Shown: positions 28,759 through 38,872 of the stretch, piece by piece
Position numbering within the stretch: position 1 is the first letter of the stretch
How the letters are laid out: each line of letters begins with the position of its first letter
Source of the DNA: Parachlamydiales bacterium
Lineage (GTDB): Bacteria > Chlamydiota > Chlamydiia > Chlamydiales > Rhabdochlamydiaceae
Length of the DNA: 64,000 bases
Reading direction: 5' to 3'
Assembly (NCBI GenBank): GCA_023265455.1
Contig: JAHFTQ010000006.1
Location: 30,746-94,745 of the forward strand
Translations under genes and position numbers: made by a program
Notes under the pieces: generated by a model
What the model was told of the DNA's origin: nothing
What the model saw: only the letters and a program-made list of their open reading frames with translations
The model's database searches: none

Positions 28759-30273
28759 TTAGGCTTCTGGAGATAAACGGCGGAGATGGTCGCGCAGGCC
28801 CCGGAGGGCTTTGCAGCGGTGGCTTGCTTGAGAGAGAATAATTTCAGTGCACCGCAGATGATCCCATGCTTTGCGGTAGTCGAGCCGTTGGATGGCCAAG
28901 ACAGACAGGTAGTACTCGACGACGCTATGGGAGTCATCTAAGGAGTGGTAACGCTCGAGGGTTTGCTGCGCTTCTAATTGACGGCCTAGCTGGAGCCAGG
29001 TGACGGCAAGTTGGAAGATTCCAGCGCGGAAGAGGGGATAGCGCTGGAGAACTTTTTGGAGCTTCAGCTGTTTATCGAGAATCGATGCACGGGTTTCATC
29101 AACGGGAAGAAAAATGACTTGGAGTCCTTCAGCATCGACTTTGCCTGTGAGGTAGTCTTCAGGGATGGTCTCAGGAGAGACAGCCCATTCGAAGGTGTGA
29201 TTTCTTAAAGATTCTAAAAGCGCTTTTCCCTCTTTTTTATTTCCGACAAAGAGGTAGTTGAGTCCGAGGAAGAACTTGAGAAGAGGGTCGTCTCCCACAT
29301 AGAGACGGGCTTTTTCATACAGTTCGATGGTTTTAGCATAATTGCATTGGGTCCAGGCGACGGAGGCTTGGTTGATGAAGGCAAGTCCAATCACCTCTTT
29401 GATGGTTCTCTCTTGGAGAAGGCGAGTGTCGATGCCTAAGTAGGTGTCAGAAGGAAGGTCAATTCCCCGAGCGGTGGTTTCAATGTTGATGATTTTTGCG
29501 CCGTGCCGGTACCGGACGTAGATATGTCCAGGGGGGGTAATGATCTCTAAGGGAAGGCCTAGCCGTTGAGCCAGACAGAGGTAGAGGATGGAAACGCCTA
29601 AACAGACCCCTTCACGGCTGTCCATCACCGAGGGAAGAAACGTATATAAATCGATCTCTTTGGCATAGAGAGAATGGGGAGGGAAGCGGAACTTCATCTC
29701 TTGAAAGACAAAGCGGTTGATTTCACGGATTTGATCTTCGGCCGTCGCAGTTTGCGGAAGCCTAGCGAGAATTTGAAGCGCCATGAGGTCTAGGCTGGCT
29801 TCATATTGCCGGATATCTTCAACATTTTCCTGGAACTGCTCGATGAGGAGGCCTCGCCCGATGTCGATTTCATGGGGCTGAAGAGCCAGAAGTTGCTCTC
29901 TTGTCCAAATCTGATGTCCTTTCAAGAAACGGTGAGGCAAACGGCTGCTGAGCTCTTCGATCGCGTTGAGTTGCTCAGATGAGAGCTTGACGGTCTTTTG
30001 AAAATTTTTCCGTGAAACGAGGTGAACGATCTCTTGGATGTCAACCGTCGGAAGAGAGACAGGGACTCCGCCTGTTTTAACTTTACCGCCGGACAGAAGA
30101 TGCCAAGCGTGATTAAGAGCCTTGGTTCCTTCAGCGGTGTCTTGATAAAGTTCATAAAAAGCCAGATGTTCAGTAACTGACAGCGGGTCGAGGCTGCTCA
30201 GTCTGTTTTTTAAAAACAGATCTTCCGCCTGCAAAAGCAGCGGCAGAAAAAACAAAAATAGCCAGCATCTCAT
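28759..30273 (-). CDS. Secreted transglutaminase-like (SirB1-type) plus TPR repeat protein
   Basis: Signal peptide. REGVCLGVSILYLCLAQRLGLPLEIITPPGHIYVRY matches the transglutaminase-like/SirB1 N-terminal pattern. The C-terminus is TPR-like and helical. Confidence 0.6.
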   Translation of the reverse strand: MRCWLFLFFLPLLLQAEDLFLKNRLSSLDPLSVTEHLAFYELYQDTAEGTKALNHAWHLLSGGKVKTGGVPVSLPTVDIQEIVHLVSRKNFQKTVKLSSEQLNAIEELSSRLPHRFLKGHQIWTREQLLALQPHEIDIGRGLLIEQFQENVEDIRQYEASLDLMALQILARLPQTATAEDQIREINRFVFQEMKFRFPPHSLYAKEIDLYTFLPSVMDSREGVCLGVSILYLCLAQRLGLPLEIITPPGHIYVRYRHGAKIINIETTARGIDLPSDTYLGIDTRLLQERTIKEVIGLAFINQASVAWTQCNYAKTIELYEKARLYVGDDPLLKFFLGLNYLFVGNKKEGKALLESLRNHTFEWAVSPETIPEDYLTGKVDAEGLQVIFLPVDETRASILDKQLKLQKVLQRYPLFRAGIFQLAVTWLQLGRQLEAQQTLERYHSLDDSHSVVEYYLSVLAIQRLDYRKAWDHLRCTEIILSQASHRCKALRGLRDHLRRLSPEA

Positions 30274-30289
30274 AGAAGGGATATTAGTG

Positions 30290-31834
30290 TTATTTCAGAA
30301 GAGATGCAATTGCTTTTTTTAAAGGAGCATGCTTAGTGATCTCTTCGAGAGGTAAGAGAAGACGGTAGGTCCAATTGGTCGGTAAGATTTTCCCCGGGAT
30401 ATTAATCCGTTCGTCAGCGGGATGTGACGCGACAAGTTCAGGAAAAAGAGCCAGGTACTCAAGAAGCAAGTTGATATGAAAAAGCGAGGGGGTATGGTGG
30501 GCTTTTTTTAAAATTTCCATCCGACGCTCGAAAGAGAGATCGGGAGAGTAGGTCCATCCTTGAAAGGCGCAGAACTCTTTAGCGTCATTTACGGGATCTT
30601 GCCACCACAGCTGCAGCGTTTCCGAGTCGTGGGTAGAAACCGTCGTCATCGATAGGGGAGAATACTCTTCAAAAGGGATAAAGGCTCCGTCTTGATCGTA
30701 TCTGCGCTCCCACCGGATGACTTTAGTCCCGCAAATGCCAAGCTCTTGAAGGGCGATTCGGACGGATGCGGGGATATCGCCGAGGTCTTCAGCGATCGGG
30801 AGCATTGAAGAAGCGCCTAGCATCATTTGAAGGATCGCTTTGCCTTCAGGTATCCATAGAGAGGGGTTCTCAGGCAAGAACTTTCCCTCCTTGGGATGTT
30901 GTCCTAGAGGGATGGCCCAAATCCGGAAGAGGCCTACAACGTGATCAACGCGGTAGAGATCGTAATAGTAAGAAGCGACTTTCAGTCTTTCCTTCCACCA
31001 CAGAAAATCGGTTGTTTTCAGATCGTCCCAGTTGAAGAGGGGAAATCCCCAGTACTGCCCTTCACTATTATAAGCATCAGGAGGCGCTCCTGCAGAGTAC
31101 GAGAAGTCGAAGAGATGGGGTTTAAACCAAGCATCGGCGCTTTCAGGGCTGATGAGAATCGGAATATCGCCTTTCAGCAGAATGCCTTTGGTATGAGCAT
31201 ACTCTTTGATCTCCGTTAACTGGAGATGGCAAAGATATTGTAACACGAGGTAAAAGAGGATCTCCTGGGAGTGCTCAGCTTCGAGTTTTTTGAAGTTAGG
31301 TTTTTTAAGTTCTTCAGGCCAGCTTTGCCATGAAATATGCTGGAGTTTGTCCTTGAGAACCTTGAAAAGCGCGTAAGGAAAGAGCCACGGGTTGTTGGTG
31401 ACGAACTCCTGAAACGGTTTGCTTTTAGCAATCTCTTGTCCTGCAATTTCAAAGTACTGATGCAGAAAATTCAGCTTCAGTGACAGCACTTCGTGGTAGG
31501 AAGTGCGGGGGAGTGCGTTGAGCTGGGAGGCATCAGGCGGCTCTGGATGGCCTGGAAGATGGGCTAAAGAGAGGTAGATGGGATGGAGTGCAGAGGAAGA
31601 AAGAGCGTTGTAAGGAGAGGCATCGGTTCCCGAGTCGTTCAAAGGCAAGAGCTGAATCACCTCGAAGCCAAGTTCTTGGCACCAGTCGATCAAGGGGATC
31701 ATATCGAAAAATTCTCCAATACCTGAGCTCTCCCGCGTGCGCAAGCTCGCCAGGGGGATATCGATTCCATGACGCGGGCGCACTCCGATCTTTTTCCAGT
31801 GCGAGGCGGACGGCAATTGGCTAAAATCGAGCAT
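30290..31834 (-). CDS. malQ: 4-alpha-glucanotransferase (amylomaltase)
   Basis: 514 aa. GIDIPLASLRT...GIGEF, SPY...S, YRVDHVVGLFR, IAEDLG and STHDS are GH77 signature blocks. Confidence 0.95.
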   Translation of the reverse strand: MLDFSQLPSASHWKKIGVRPRHGIDIPLASLRTRESSGIGEFFDMIPLIDWCQELGFEVIQLLPLNDSGTDASPYNALSSSALHPIYLSLAHLPGHPEPPDASQLNALPRTSYHEVLSLKLNFLHQYFEIAGQEIAKSKPFQEFVTNNPWLFPYALFKVLKDKLQHISWQSWPEELKKPNFKKLEAEHSQEILFYLVLQYLCHLQLTEIKEYAHTKGILLKGDIPILISPESADAWFKPHLFDFSYSAGAPPDAYNSEGQYWGFPLFNWDDLKTTDFLWWKERLKVASYYYDLYRVDHVVGLFRIWAIPLGQHPKEGKFLPENPSLWIPEGKAILQMMLGASSMLPIAEDLGDIPASVRIALQELGICGTKVIRWERRYDQDGAFIPFEEYSPLSMTTVSTHDSETLQLWWQDPVNDAKEFCAFQGWTYSPDLSFERRMEILKKAHHTPSLFHINLLLEYLALFPELVASHPADERINIPGKILPTNWTYRLLLPLEEITKHAPLKKAIASLLK

Positions 31835-31931
31835 AAATTACTCTATATACTTAAACAATATTTTATATTAGTATATTTGATTTAATTCTCTTTTATATTA
31901 CAATTCTCTGAAAAATAACGGAGACTATCCT

Positions 31932-34265
31932 ATGGCTATTCGTTCAACAACCGATGTATCTATCACTACCACGACAAGCACGGTTCAGGCCCCTTCTCAA
32001 AGTGTTGACCTTAAAATGGCCTCCATCAGAGCCCGTGTGCTGCAAACCATCCGCAATTACATGCCTCTGACAACACTTTTTACACACCAGCTCAAAATTG
32101 ACCTGGGGGTGTTCATCAAAGATCAGATGCTCATCCATCGCATTGCAGAGTTTATTGCTCCACTGCAGAGCACGGATATGGCTTCGATTGCTAAACATTT
32201 TGAAGGAAGTGAGCTCCTCACAGAACTCAAGGACATGTTTAAGGAAGATCTTTACTTAGTATCTATTTATGAAGCGTGCTCTGATGTGCTGAGTAAAAAA
32301 CCATGCTCAAATATGCTTAAATCGGCAATTGAGGGACGGATTTTTACTTTGAAAAACGCTTTGATTGCAAAGCACAATCCTGTGTTGGTGCGTAAGAGTC
32401 AGGTTCAATACCAAATTTCTTCACACAGTATCCCAGATATCGAAAAAGAAGGGGCAAGCTTCATTCGAGAATCACTTAGGTTGCACTTAACCGCACTTCA
32501 GGAGACAGACAACACCTCTTTTCGCAAGTGTCTGACTTCAGCAGCTGAGCAACTTATTCCTTTTGTTGAAAGAATTACTGGAGGCGTTCTCATGGAAAAC
32601 GGCTATCCGCCGGAGCCCCTAACCTTTCGAAATCCTACGGGGTACAACTATCAGGGGTTTGTTGCTGCGATCGTCATGGAAGTGTGTTTGAATGCTCTGG
32701 GGTGCAAAACGAGGGTGATGAGACGCTGTGATCTTGAGCCACGCGTCACCCTTGCAACGACACATAGCATCGTAGAAGTGACCAGTCCTGATGATTTAAG
32801 ATATATCATCGACCCTTGCTATCTTCAGTTTCATAAAGATATTGGAGTTGAAGAAAAGTTGCTTCCTACCGCTACTGTTCTTGTACTTGAGGAAAATGAG
32901 GTTGATGATTACATCGAGAAAAATATTATGATGCATTGGAAAGCCAACGCTCAACGGTTCTCCAAAAGTGATCCTTCTTTTATGGATAAAATAACCACGC
33001 AAGATCTGATGTCCTTTCGATTTCTCAATTACAACAACGTGCCTAAGGAGCTTATACCTTCGGGCGTGGAAGATTTTGTAAGAAGGGCATTTAAACGAGT
33101 CTGGGGACTCTCAACTTATAGCTCGACTCGTTTTGTTGAGGGATGCCAAGACATTTTCAATGGTTTGAAAGAGAACAGCATCGTTTACAAAACGACCAAA
33201 CCCATGGGGATTTTTCCCCTAACCCATCACCTCTCTTACCCCGACGTGGGGAGGCAGTTGGAGCCTTTCATGTCCAATCCAGCGTTAAAAGGGCAAAATG
33301 CCCTTGAGGCGTTAGCGCTCTTATCGCAGCTCCCTTATTTAAAACGGGCTAAATATAAGTGTTTGCTGGATTTAGATCCTCGTACTCATACTGACGTAGG
33401 CTTAGATGTCTATTTTCGTTCTCTTAAAAAGGTTGTCAACCCTCAGGAAAAAGATCTCAAAGTGGTTTATGGTTGCTCAGGTGCAGATTGTATGAGTGTG
33501 TTGCTTGCAACTGATGCTAAGGAGTTGCTGTTTGTTGATCTGACAAAGATCTCTTTTTCTGAATTCAAAGAGGCCTTAACCCTGCTTAAAAGCTCTTCTA
33601 AAAGTCAAATCAAAGAGCGGCTGGGGAAGGATTATTTTATAGGCCGAGAGACTTACATGGCAGGAATGAGCGGTTATGGGGATGGTCAACATCATATGGA
33701 TGATTTAGCACTCAAACTTCTGTTTGATTTGCAAGAAACAGGTGTCGATTTAGACCAGGTGGATCTCACATCTATCAATGGGGAAGTGCGGATCGATTTT
33801 TCGTGGCAATATTATGGAGCTCCAAGCGCTAGAAAAAGGAGCGTGACCTTTATCACCGCAGATATTACAAAACCAGATGCCTATCCAGACCACTTGCAAA
33901 GCCAGCTAAAAGCGGGAATCGATATTTTTTATCTGAAAGGGGCCTTTTTTGCACCCCAGTCCTACCCCCAATTTTTACCGACCCTTGCAAAGCATATGAA
34001 TGCGGGTGGCTGGCTTATGACGACGGACAAAACATCGTTCATGGAAACAGTCAATCCTGAGTTCTGCTTAAAGCAAAACAATCTTCATTTTTCACTTCAC
34101 AAAAGTGAAGAAATTCATCTTCTCGAAGAGCTGATAAGTCCCTCAAGTAGCCCCTTTGCCGTTGTTCAAACGCTGCGGATGTTTCCTCCTGAAAAAAGAC
34201 TTCAGCGTTCTCCTGGGACAGACATCACCTATTGGGCAATTCTAAACCTTCGACAAAAGATCTAG
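31932..34265 (+). CDS. Large hypothetical (effector-like) protein with a possible C-terminal class I SAM-methyltransferase fold
   Basis: 777 aa. Methyltransferase-like blocks are VVYGCSGADC (motif I-like), LLFVDL (acidic post-I), FITADITKP, IDIFYLKGA and NAGGWLMTTD. A mid-region resembles a transglutaminase/papain-like core (ALGCKTRVM...THSIVEV...IIDP), but the canonical Cys position is not conserved. Confidence 0.5.
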   Translation: MAIRSTTDVSITTTTSTVQAPSQSVDLKMASIRARVLQTIRNYMPLTTLFTHQLKIDLGVFIKDQMLIHRIAEFIAPLQSTDMASIAKHFEGSELLTELKDMFKEDLYLVSIYEACSDVLSKKPCSNMLKSAIEGRIFTLKNALIAKHNPVLVRKSQVQYQISSHSIPDIEKEGASFIRESLRLHLTALQETDNTSFRKCLTSAAEQLIPFVERITGGVLMENGYPPEPLTFRNPTGYNYQGFVAAIVMEVCLNALGCKTRVMRRCDLEPRVTLATTHSIVEVTSPDDLRYIIDPCYLQFHKDIGVEEKLLPTATVLVLEENEVDDYIEKNIMMHWKANAQRFSKSDPSFMDKITTQDLMSFRFLNYNNVPKELIPSGVEDFVRRAFKRVWGLSTYSSTRFVEGCQDIFNGLKENSIVYKTTKPMGIFPLTHHLSYPDVGRQLEPFMSNPALKGQNALEALALLSQLPYLKRAKYKCLLDLDPRTHTDVGLDVYFRSLKKVVNPQEKDLKVVYGCSGADCMSVLLATDAKELLFVDLTKISFSEFKEALTLLKSSSKSQIKERLGKDYFIGRETYMAGMSGYGDGQHHMDDLALKLLFDLQETGVDLDQVDLTSINGEVRIDFSWQYYGAPSARKRSVTFITADITKPDAYPDHLQSQLKAGIDIFYLKGAFFAPQSYPQFLPTLAKHMNAGGWLMTTDKTSFMETVNPEFCLKQNNLHFSLHKSEEIHLLEELISPSSSPFAVVQTLRMFPPEKRLQRSPGTDITYWAILNLRQKI

Positions 34266-34269
34266 AATT

Positions 34270-35574
34270 TTGTTATCCTGGATACTTATGCGATACTTGA
34301 TGTTGGCATTAGTGTGGGTAGCGTTTATTTACGGAGAAGACTCTCTCCAACATGCTACCGTCAGCGCTTATGCTGTCGACATGGAGACGGGGGAGGTTCT
34401 AGTCAATGAAAATAGCGATAAAAGCCTCATCCCCGGCTCTTGTATCAAAGTTGTCACAACAGCGGCAGCGCTTCATTTACTAGGTTCTCAAGCTCAATTT
34501 GAAACTCAGCTGGAATATGATGGCAATCTCACGATCCGAGGTGGGGGAGATCCGTGTTTAGGCTCTAACCGGATTTCGTCAGTACTGCCTTGGAAAAAGC
34601 AAATCGAGGCGTGGGCCAATGCATTTGAAAAATTGGGAATCCGAACCATCGAAGGCGATGTGATCGGTGATGCAACCCTTTGGGAAAAAGCCTCTGCTCC
34701 TCCCAGTTGGGCCTTCGAAGACCTCGGAAATTACTATGGAGCGGGAGCCTCTGCGCTCTCCTTTCATGAAAATTTGTACGCGCTCTTTTTTAAACCAGGA
34801 ACTAAAGTAGGGGAATCTGCAGCGATTTTACGCACAGAGCCTGTGATTCCAGCGCTGGTTCTTCAGAATGAAGTCAAAACAGGTGCTGTAGGATCAGGCG
34901 ATGGAGCTTGCATTTACGGTATTGAATTTTCTCTTCAACAGACGGTTAGAGGAACGGTTCCCGCGGGCGTCCAGGAGTTTTCTATCAAAGGATCGATTCC
35001 CGATCCTGCGGCTTTTTGCGCGCAGCTTCTATCGCAAGAGTTGCAAAGAAGAGGCATTAAGATTCTGAAGAAACCTCCTAATCCAGCAAAGAAAATCATC
35101 GTTCATACAACAACTTCTCCTCCCTTAAGTGAGATTATCTACTGGACGAATCAGAAAAGCATTAACTTATATGCGGAGCATCTTCTCAAAAAAATGGGAG
35201 AAAAGGCCCAGCAGGAAGGCTCAACTTCAGCTGGAATTCAAGCTGTCCGAGAGTTTTTAAAGAAAGAGCAGGTCGATCTGGATGGCTTTAATATGGTCGA
35301 TGGCTCGGGTCTATCGAGGAAAAATCTCATGACCACAAAACAACTGGTTGCTGTCTTGCTGAAAATGAAGAAATCAGAACATTTTCCAGTGTTTTTTGAG
35401 TCGCTGCCTTCAAGAGATAGCAAAGTCCGAGCTAAATCGGGCTCGATGTCTCTCATTAGAGGCTGCTGTGGATATGCAGGGAATGTGGCCTTTGCAATCC
35501 TCATCAATCAATGCACAGACTCTCAAGCTATGAAAGCAAAAATCGACAGTTTCTTAGCTCAATTGTCCCCGTGA
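34270..35574 (+). CDS. dacB: D-alanyl-D-alanine carboxypeptidase/endopeptidase, PBP4 (S13) family
   Basis: S-x-x-K (SCIK, in LIPGSCIKVVTTAAAL), DGSGLSR, and a K-S-G triad variant (AKSGSM). The start is ambiguous: TTG at 34270 or ATG at 34288. Confidence 0.8.
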   Translation: MLSWILMRYLMLALVWVAFIYGEDSLQHATVSAYAVDMETGEVLVNENSDKSLIPGSCIKVVTTAAALHLLGSQAQFETQLEYDGNLTIRGGGDPCLGSNRISSVLPWKKQIEAWANAFEKLGIRTIEGDVIGDATLWEKASAPPSWAFEDLGNYYGAGASALSFHENLYALFFKPGTKVGESAAILRTEPVIPALVLQNEVKTGAVGSGDGACIYGIEFSLQQTVRGTVPAGVQEFSIKGSIPDPAAFCAQLLSQELQRRGIKILKKPPNPAKKIIVHTTTSPPLSEIIYWTNQKSINLYAEHLLKKMGEKAQQEGSTSAGIQAVREFLKKEQVDLDGFNMVDGSGLSRKNLMTTKQLVAVLLKMKKSEHFPVFFESLPSRDSKVRAKSGSMSLIRGCCGYAGNVAFAILINQCTDSQAMKAKIDSFLAQLSP

Positions 35575-35670
35575 GCTATTTTTGCAAGAACCAGGTCTAA
35601 AAAGGTCATTGGTTTTAAATGGCTGTCTTTGCATAATTAACTCTTGATTTAATGGCTTGGAGGCTTTCGT

Positions 35671-36561
35671 ATGGCATTTTTTAGTTGTGTCTTGCCCAAT
35701 TACAAATACAATTATTTCGACAAATATAATCAATTTCAAGAAAAACAACTAAATATTTTTCAGTATTTCCTTAGGAAATGGTTTGGATATTATGCTGAAA
35801 CACATCTATCAGCTGTGGTAAAAAAAGCATACAGCCTAACCCTTTCGGATCAATTTCAAGGGTCTGCAAAAAAAAGGCAAGAATTGTTGCAACTGATTGA
35901 GAAATCACAACGTGTCTATGGTGTCACTCAGTCTTACGTGGAGCTCTATAATCGGCCGCTATCTTCTGGCAAAACTGCAAAGATTTCTGTACGTTATTGG
36001 ATAGATACCCAAAAAATTAGCTCTGTTGATTTCAAAATTAATCTAATAGGGAACAACTCTAATCAAGAAGTTTATAAGGTCTCTATATTTCAAAACAAAT
36101 CTAACAGGTTAGTTGTCAGTCTTCCTGCTGAGATCTTTAATGAAGGTATTAGTGATAATGAACAATCAATACAATCACGTTTGAACGGAGAGTGTGCTAC
36201 CATCGTCAATGATTTAATCAAAAAGACTTTACATGATTCGTCAACATGCCCTCAATTAGCTGATATTTACTTTTATGCAAATGATTATCGTTTCATGTTG
36301 CGTCCTATACCATCGCCATTTGATGTAAAAAGGACTCCCAGCCCTGATGTTTTAAATGAGGCTCAAATGAAAGCAATGAATGCATTAGGATGGGTATATT
36401 TCCAACAGTTTGTTGAGGAAGGAAAGGGATTGGTGCGTGATGCAAAATGTGTATATCTCTTGAGAAGAGAAGTCTTGGGGAAAACTAAGGATGAATTTAA
36501 ACAGACTATTTCCTTGAATTTTGCAGTAGAGTCTTTGCTGCCTCGATCGCGAGAATACTAA
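35671..36561 (+). CDS. Hypothetical protein (orphan, AT-rich by eye)
   Basis: 296-aa ORF with no recognisable motif. Confidence 0.45.
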   Translation: MAFFSCVLPNYKYNYFDKYNQFQEKQLNIFQYFLRKWFGYYAETHLSAVVKKAYSLTLSDQFQGSAKKRQELLQLIEKSQRVYGVTQSYVELYNRPLSSGKTAKISVRYWIDTQKISSVDFKINLIGNNSNQEVYKVSIFQNKSNRLVVSLPAEIFNEGISDNEQSIQSRLNGECATIVNDLIKKTLHDSSTCPQLADIYFYANDYRFMLRPIPSPFDVKRTPSPDVLNEAQMKAMNALGWVYFQQFVEEGKGLVRDAKCVYLLRREVLGKTKDEFKQTISLNFAVESLLPRSREY

Positions 36562-36580
36562 AAGGGAGATTCTTATTGCT

Positions 36581-37123
36581 ATGGTGGGTAAGTCTGTAGC
36601 TAAACTTGGACCTATTCAAAAGAAACGCAAGGTGAAAATTGGAGCGCTTAAAGGAAAACTTAAAATTCCAAAGGATTTTGATGGTCCTCTTCCTGCTGAA
36701 ACTCTCGATGAGTTTGAGGCATCATCACACGTGCAAGAAATAATAGAAAAACTCAAAGCTGCAATGACCTCGCTTGAAAAAGAGAAAGGTCCTCTTTTGA
36801 TTTTTGCTCTTTTTTTAAGAGAAGATTCTTTTGAGAAATGGGATATAATTATTTCAGGTACATGGCTGAATTCTAAGGAAATGAGCGCCTATAAACTGAT
36901 TTCTTCTAAGCTTCGTGAAGTGTTGGACGAGTCTGAACTTCTTCAGTTTTCTCGTATTGTTCTTCTTGACCCTGAAGACCCCGTGGTTTCGTTTTTGCTA
37001 GATCAGCAAACCATTAAGAATGGGGGGTATAAGGAATTGTCTGGAGAAGCGCTTTCGGATAAGTTCAAATTTACCATTAAACGAGCTTATTTGCTGCGTT
37101 CTCAAAAACCTCAGAAGCCTTGA
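36581..37123 (+). CDS. Hypothetical protein with a DUF2281-like N-terminal motif
   Basis: GALKGKLKIPKDFDGPLPAETLDEFE resembles the K-G-x-I-x-I-x-x-D-F-D-x-P-L-P motif seen in small antitoxin-like proteins. The rest is unassigned. Confidence 0.4.
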   Translation: MVGKSVAKLGPIQKKRKVKIGALKGKLKIPKDFDGPLPAETLDEFEASSHVQEIIEKLKAAMTSLEKEKGPLLIFALFLREDSFEKWDIIISGTWLNSKEMSAYKLISSKLREVLDESELLQFSRIVLLDPEDPVVSFLLDQQTIKNGGYKELSGEALSDKFKFTIKRAYLLRSQKPQKP

Positions 37124-37132
37124 AACTTCACA

Positions 37133-37588
37133 TTACTTCCTTCGGATGTCGAAGACGGAGGGGCCTGTTTTCTGTAGAGTCTGGCCGCGCAAGGGGAGTT
37201 GACCGGTGGTGAGGGCTGTCTTCCAAGAGAAGGCCTTTTCGATGAAAAGTTCGAGAAAATCTACAAGGGTATCGCCGCGCAGTTCTGCGAAAGACAAGTA
37301 AGTGATGAAAGCCAGCTGGTTATTACGTTCGCTGTAGCTAAAGGTTCCTAAGCGGGGAAAAAAGTGATTTTCCTTTAGGGCTTCTTTTAAGACAGTTTCC
37401 CGAAAGTTCCCAGCGGGGATTTCTCCGAGGAAGGCTGCAATCGAGATGCGGTCTTTAAGATCATCTTCTTTGATTTGAATATGCAACTCTCCATTGATGC
37501 TGAGTTGACAGCTGCGGTGGTGATCGGGATGGAGGGGAACTTGAATCAAAGTTCCTAAATCATCGAGCAAGATGGCAAATCTATCCAT
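37133..37588 (-). CDS. Type III secretion chaperone, class I (Scc1/SycE-like)
   Basis: An internal ATG at 37588 gives MDRFAILLDDLGTLIQVPLHPD..., a 151-aa CesT/SycE-like protein. The start overlaps the copN stop (ATGGATAG). The position matches CT088 next to CT089 in C. trachomatis. Confidence 0.6.
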   Translation of the reverse strand: MDRFAILLDDLGTLIQVPLHPDHHRSCQLSINGELHIQIKEDDLKDRISIAAFLGEIPAGNFRETVLKEALKENHFFPRLGTFSYSERNNQLAFITYLSFAELRGDTLVDFLELFIEKAFSWKTALTTGQLPLRGQTLQKTGPSVFDIRRK

Positions 37589-38786
37589 TAAATTTCTTCT
37601 TTTTGTCTTTTTTTTCTTTCTCGAGGTCTTCTTCAATGTCTTCTAGTGTCTCCATAAAACACATGAGAAGTTCTTGACGGTGCCTCTCATCGCGAAATAG
37701 CCGGGGAGAGACTTGACGCATCGCGTCACGGAACTGAAGGTAAATGACCAACTGAGCTAGCTCATCTTCAGAAATGCCCAGTTGGCGAGCCATACTTTTG
37801 GCTTTGTCAACAGAGGGGTATCTCTCTTGGAGAAATAGCATAAATGTTTTAGCTAAGGCCTCAAAAGTGAGGCGCTCGGAAAAGGTCAGCCCTTGCCGTT
37901 CAAATGAGCTGATGATGAGCCTCATGCGAGAGTGGAAATACCTGAAAATACCCAAAATCGCCTGCATATTGCGGGTTTCACTCATCATGCGATGGAGTTC
38001 TTCTCGGGAGATGGAAGGGCCCTTGGCCTTAACATCGGCTCCTAGCGAATGGAGCATGAAGTCGATGACAGCTTTCAGCTTATCGAATGCGTATTTGCTT
38101 GAAAGCTCTTGAAATAGCGTATAGGCATCCCGGGGATTGGCAGTCACATTCCGATAAAGATCGCGCAGAGCTGTCGGAGAACCGAGACCTTGGGCGGAAA
38201 AATTCCGGGCTTGAGCGGCCATATTGCGGCCTGCGCGGATTTCTCTTTCATGTCTTTGATTGAGTTCAACTTTGGCTTTTTGAAGAAGCTCGCGCATGCG
38301 GGTGTCTGCTGTCTCAAGCAAAAAATCAAGAGCCTCATCAGCAAGGGATAGATCGCTGTAGGTTTCAACAAGTTTACGAAGAATGTCTTCAACAGAATCA
38401 TTTGGAGAGAGGCGAGCGCGGAGCGCTAGCAATGTCCGAGCTTGCAGCTCGGGGTTTCTCCGTTGATAAAACTCCGAGGTCTCTTGAAGCTTTTCAATCG
38501 CGGGGATTTCTTGTTCATCTTCAGCTTTTTCAGTTTTTTGGGCATCTTCCGGACGAACTCTTTCGCGAGTCCGTCTTTCAATGGATTGAAAGTTACGAGC
38601 TAAAGCCAGGGGATTCCAGGCATTGAGATCTCCCCATTCTTCAAACCCGACTTTTGCAGATTCTTGGGCGATTGCATACTGGCTTAAGCGTTGTTGGGAA
38701 GCGGCCTTTTGTGCCGTTGTCCTCTGATCGATATGCGGGATGTTGTGACTGATAATCTGGTCGTCTGACAAACGCTCGCCCTCCAT
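37581..38786 (-). CDS. copN: Type III secretion gatekeeper CopN (SctW; YopN/InvE/MxiC family)
   Basis: 401 aa, against about 400-420 aa for chlamydial CopN. It has an unstructured polar N-terminus, then helical repeats (ALDFLLETAD..., LTFEALAKTFMLFLQERYPS...). It is followed by a class I chaperone. Confidence 0.7.
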   Translation of the reverse strand: MEGERLSDDQIISHNIPHIDQRTTAQKAASQQRLSQYAIAQESAKVGFEEWGDLNAWNPLALARNFQSIERRTRERVRPEDAQKTEKAEDEQEIPAIEKLQETSEFYQRRNPELQARTLLALRARLSPNDSVEDILRKLVETYSDLSLADEALDFLLETADTRMRELLQKAKVELNQRHEREIRAGRNMAAQARNFSAQGLGSPTALRDLYRNVTANPRDAYTLFQELSSKYAFDKLKAVIDFMLHSLGADVKAKGPSISREELHRMMSETRNMQAILGIFRYFHSRMRLIISSFERQGLTFSERLTFEALAKTFMLFLQERYPSVDKAKSMARQLGISEDELAQLVIYLQFRDAMRQVSPRLFRDERHRQELLMCFMETLEDIEEDLEKEKKDKKKKFNG

Positions 38787-38872
38787 TTCGTATCAAAGCA
38801 ATAAAAATATATTTTGTCTACAAAACCATATAATATTGATTTAATTAGTTTGTTTTTGTATAATTGTTGAAC

